Both the position numbers and the translations under genes were made by a program. A stretch of 63,751 nucleotides of DNA, counting the filler, from Octopus bimaculoides (lineage: Eukaryota): assembly GCF_001194135.2 (NCBI RefSeq). It is 7 parts of 6 records of this genome, joined end to end, with 100 filler letters (N's around TTAATTAATTAA, not from the genome) between each part and the next. Parts side by side here need not be neighbours in the genome. Positions count along the whole stretch, not along the records: positions 58,200 to 62,005 come from NC_068982.1; positions 62,106 to 63,751 come from NW_026360454.1; 5 more parts are not named here. One strand, written 5' to 3'. Shown here one piece after another: positions 61,101 through 63,751 of this stretch (position 1 is its first letter; every line of letters begins with the position of its first letter). The notes under the pieces are model-generated. The model was not told the DNA's origin. It was given only the letters and a program-made list of their open reading frames with translations, and made no database searches.

Positions 61101-61135
61101 CATATATATTTGTGTGCGTGCACGCGCGTTGAGTA
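60650..61135. repeat. TA/CA-rich compound microsatellite field
   Basis: Read directly. Confidence 0.9.
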
Positions 61136-61438
61136 TGTTCAGTTCTGATAAACACAATTTTGCATTAATCTAGTGGGTCACGCTATCCTTTCGTAGAGTA
61201 CAAATTTATTATTCTAAAATAAGAATATGGTTGACAGTGACTTCGAAGTTTCGTCCTGCTGATCCGTAGTCAGACATCGATGCATTAGAGCTAGCTGTGC
61301 CTTTATATTGTCTCTGTTTTGATAGAATCCCCCTTAGGATGTGTGGGTTTGAGTGGAGTGGTAACTAAGGTTTTATGGATGGTTATGATGGGGAGGTATT
61401 TCGTAACGTCTACATACATGAATAAATTTTAAACAATG

Positions 61439-61482
<44 letters not shown>

Positions 61483-61582
61483 NNNNNNNNNNNNNNNNNN
61501 NNNNNNNNNNNNNNNNNNNNNNNNNNNNNNNNNNNNNNNNNNNNNNNNNNNNNNNNNNNNNNNNNNNNNNNNNNNNNNNNNN

Positions 61583-62005
61583 GTTAGGGTTAGGGTTAGG
61601 GTTAGCGTTAGGGTTAGGGTAAGGGTTAGGGTAGGCGTTAGGGTTAGGGTTAGGTTTAGGGTTATGGTTAGCGTTAGGGTTACGGTTAGGGTTAGTGTTA
61701 GGGTTAGGGTTAGGGTTAGTTTTAGGGTTAGCGTTAGCTTAAGGGTTAGGGTTAGGGTTCGGATTAGTGTTAGAGTTAGGGTATATGTTAGGGTTAGGGT
61801 TAGGGTTAGGGTTATGTTTAGGGATAGGGTTAGGGTTAGGGTTAGGGTTAGGGTTAGGGTTAACGTTAGGGTTAGGGTTAGGGTAAGTGTTAGGGTTAGT
61901 GTTAGGGTTAGGCTTAGGGTTAGGGTTAGGGTTAGCATTAGGGTTAGGGTTATGTTGAAGGTTTGGGCTAGTGTTAGGATAAGGGTTAGAGTTAGGGTTA
62001 GGGTT
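61583..62005 (+). repeat. Degenerate (TTAGGG)n telomere-type array
   Basis: About 70 hexamers, mostly TTAGGG, with TTAGCG, TTAGTG, TAAGGG and TTATGG variants; it is the last sequence before a scaffold spacer. Confidence 0.95.
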
Positions 62006-62239
62006 NNNNNNNNNNNNNNNNNNNNNNNNNNNNNNNNNNNNNNNNNNNNTTAATTAATTAANNNNNNNNNNNNNNNNNNNNNNNNNNNNNNNNNNNNNNN
62101 NNNNNTGCGTTTATATATAAATTTTTGTATTGTGTATATGTAAATATATTTATATATGTGTGTGTGTGTTGTGTGTGTGTGTGTACATATATGCATACAT
62201 AAATTCATACATATATATACACATACACACACACGCATG

Positions 62240-62830
62240 TATATGAACGAGCATTTTATTATAAAATAGTAGAGCAAAACGGAAGCAAGGAGAATGAGAC
62301 AAAAAGAGAATAAAATAAATTGAAAGATAAAGAGAGAGAGAGAAAGAGAGAGGGAGTGAGTGAGTGAGTGAGAGAGAGAGAGAAGAACAAGACAGCAAAA
62401 ACCGAGAAACAAAAGAGGAAAGGAAGATGGGAATGAGAGAGAGAGAGAGAGAGAGAGGGAAACAAAAAGAGAGAATAAGAGAGGAAAGGAGGGTGAGAGA
62501 AAAAGAGAGAAAGACGAAAAGCAAGAGTCTAAGGTGACGATGAAAAAGGCAGAGAGCAAGGGAGACACTAAAGATGAGAGGAAGAACGAACTGAGGGAGA
62601 AGAACGAAAAAGAGACAGATAGAGGGAATGAGAACAAGAATGATAGAGGATTAGAATGAAAAGAGGATAGGAAAAGCGAAGAAAGAGAGAAAGAAGAGAA
62701 GGAAAATGGAAAGAGTGCAAAATAAAATCGAAGACTGTGAGGTGGAAAGAAAAGACGTAGGACAGGAAGAAAGAAGGAAAAGAGAAAGTGAAGGTAAGTA
62801 CAAGAACGGAATGAAAAATAGAAAGAATAA
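62240..62830. repeat. GA-rich low-complexity tract
   Basis: Read directly. Confidence 0.9.
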
Positions 62831-63751
62831 ATGAAAGAAATATGCCTGCTGACGAAATGAGGCGGCTTCAGTGGGATTGCTCGAGAGGCTTAAAATAACA
62901 GCTAAATCTCTGGAAAATGATTTTTTCCAAATTTTTTAAAGTCAATCCTCCTCCGGCTATCGGAATAAAACTACCTCTATGCGTGGATACCTGTTGAACG
63001 AGCAGACGAAATGAAACAAGCGTTAACATGGTCACTCGATTTGCTAGAATTGAAAGCCAAAGCTATGAAAATTAATTTTTCCAATGTCACTTTTTAAATT
63101 ACTCTCTCTCGCAGCTGTCGCATAACAATCAAACTATACCGACATACAACGTTAAAATTCTCCCTTTTTTATTAATGAAGATACGAAATAGATTTGCAGC
63201 TATACAATTCTGCCTTCTTTGCTACAGTATTGGACGAATCTTAAATGTTTCAAATCATCTCAAGAAACAACTCAAACGTCTGTTTGAGCCTTCAGAGCAA
63301 AAAGTAATTTAAGATGAATTTATAAAATTAAAGATTCCGTATTGTTCTCAATAGATGTGCATTCCCAGATTCTTATAAAGTGGTAATTGATTTCTGTCTA
63401 TAAAGTGGTAATTGATTTTACTGACTAATGATTCTATGACTAATGATTGTAATCCTGGCGTGACGTTCCCCACTGCTTCAGAAAACATTTCACAAATACC
63501 AAACATTACATTATCCAGAGATGCGTCATTTCTGTAACGAAATAACGTCTGATTAATGAAATATTTAATTTCTTTTTCTATAGAATTTAGAGCCAGCGCT
63601 GAAAATTACGATATGTTGTATATGAATACGTTTATGTAAACAATGCGAACGAAACCAGAAACATTTGTATACTGCATGTCGTAACTTTCAATGCTGACCC
63701 TAAATTTTATAGAATATCTGTAGAAGCGATTGAATCACAAAAGAGTAGGAC

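Overview
This is AT-rich, microsatellite-dense eukaryotic DNA. It is most likely cephalopod (Octopus-like), inferred from the SINE repertoire, the TTAGGG repeat and the simple-repeat load; this is not confirmed by any search. The window is not contiguous. Six identical 100-bp spacers (44 N + TTAATTAATTAA + 44 N) join seven separate scaffolds: 1-30462, 30563-43729, 43830-50678, 50779-53093, 53194-58099, 58200-62005 and 62106-63751. I found no intact protein-coding gene, rRNA, tRNA gene or CRISPR array, and almost all listed ORFs are microsatellite or transposon translations. The content is mobile-element debris: at least five tRNA-headed SINE families (my labels A-E), LINE fragments (RTE, RTE-BovB, RTE-X, CR1, Jockey/CR1-like, Dong/R4), several mariner remnants with derived MITEs, hAT/Buster and TTAA-type MITEs, two related Helitron-like elements, and a foldback element. 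The best leads are a hammerhead-ribozyme core at a Penelope-like 3' end, the Helitron-like family with a shared core but different inverted-repeat modules, a duplicated exon-like cassette, a SINE/CR1 shared tail, a CpG-decay contrast between scaffolds, and a degenerate telomeric array at a scaffold end. I cannot support a claim of a wholly new biological system from this sequence alone.
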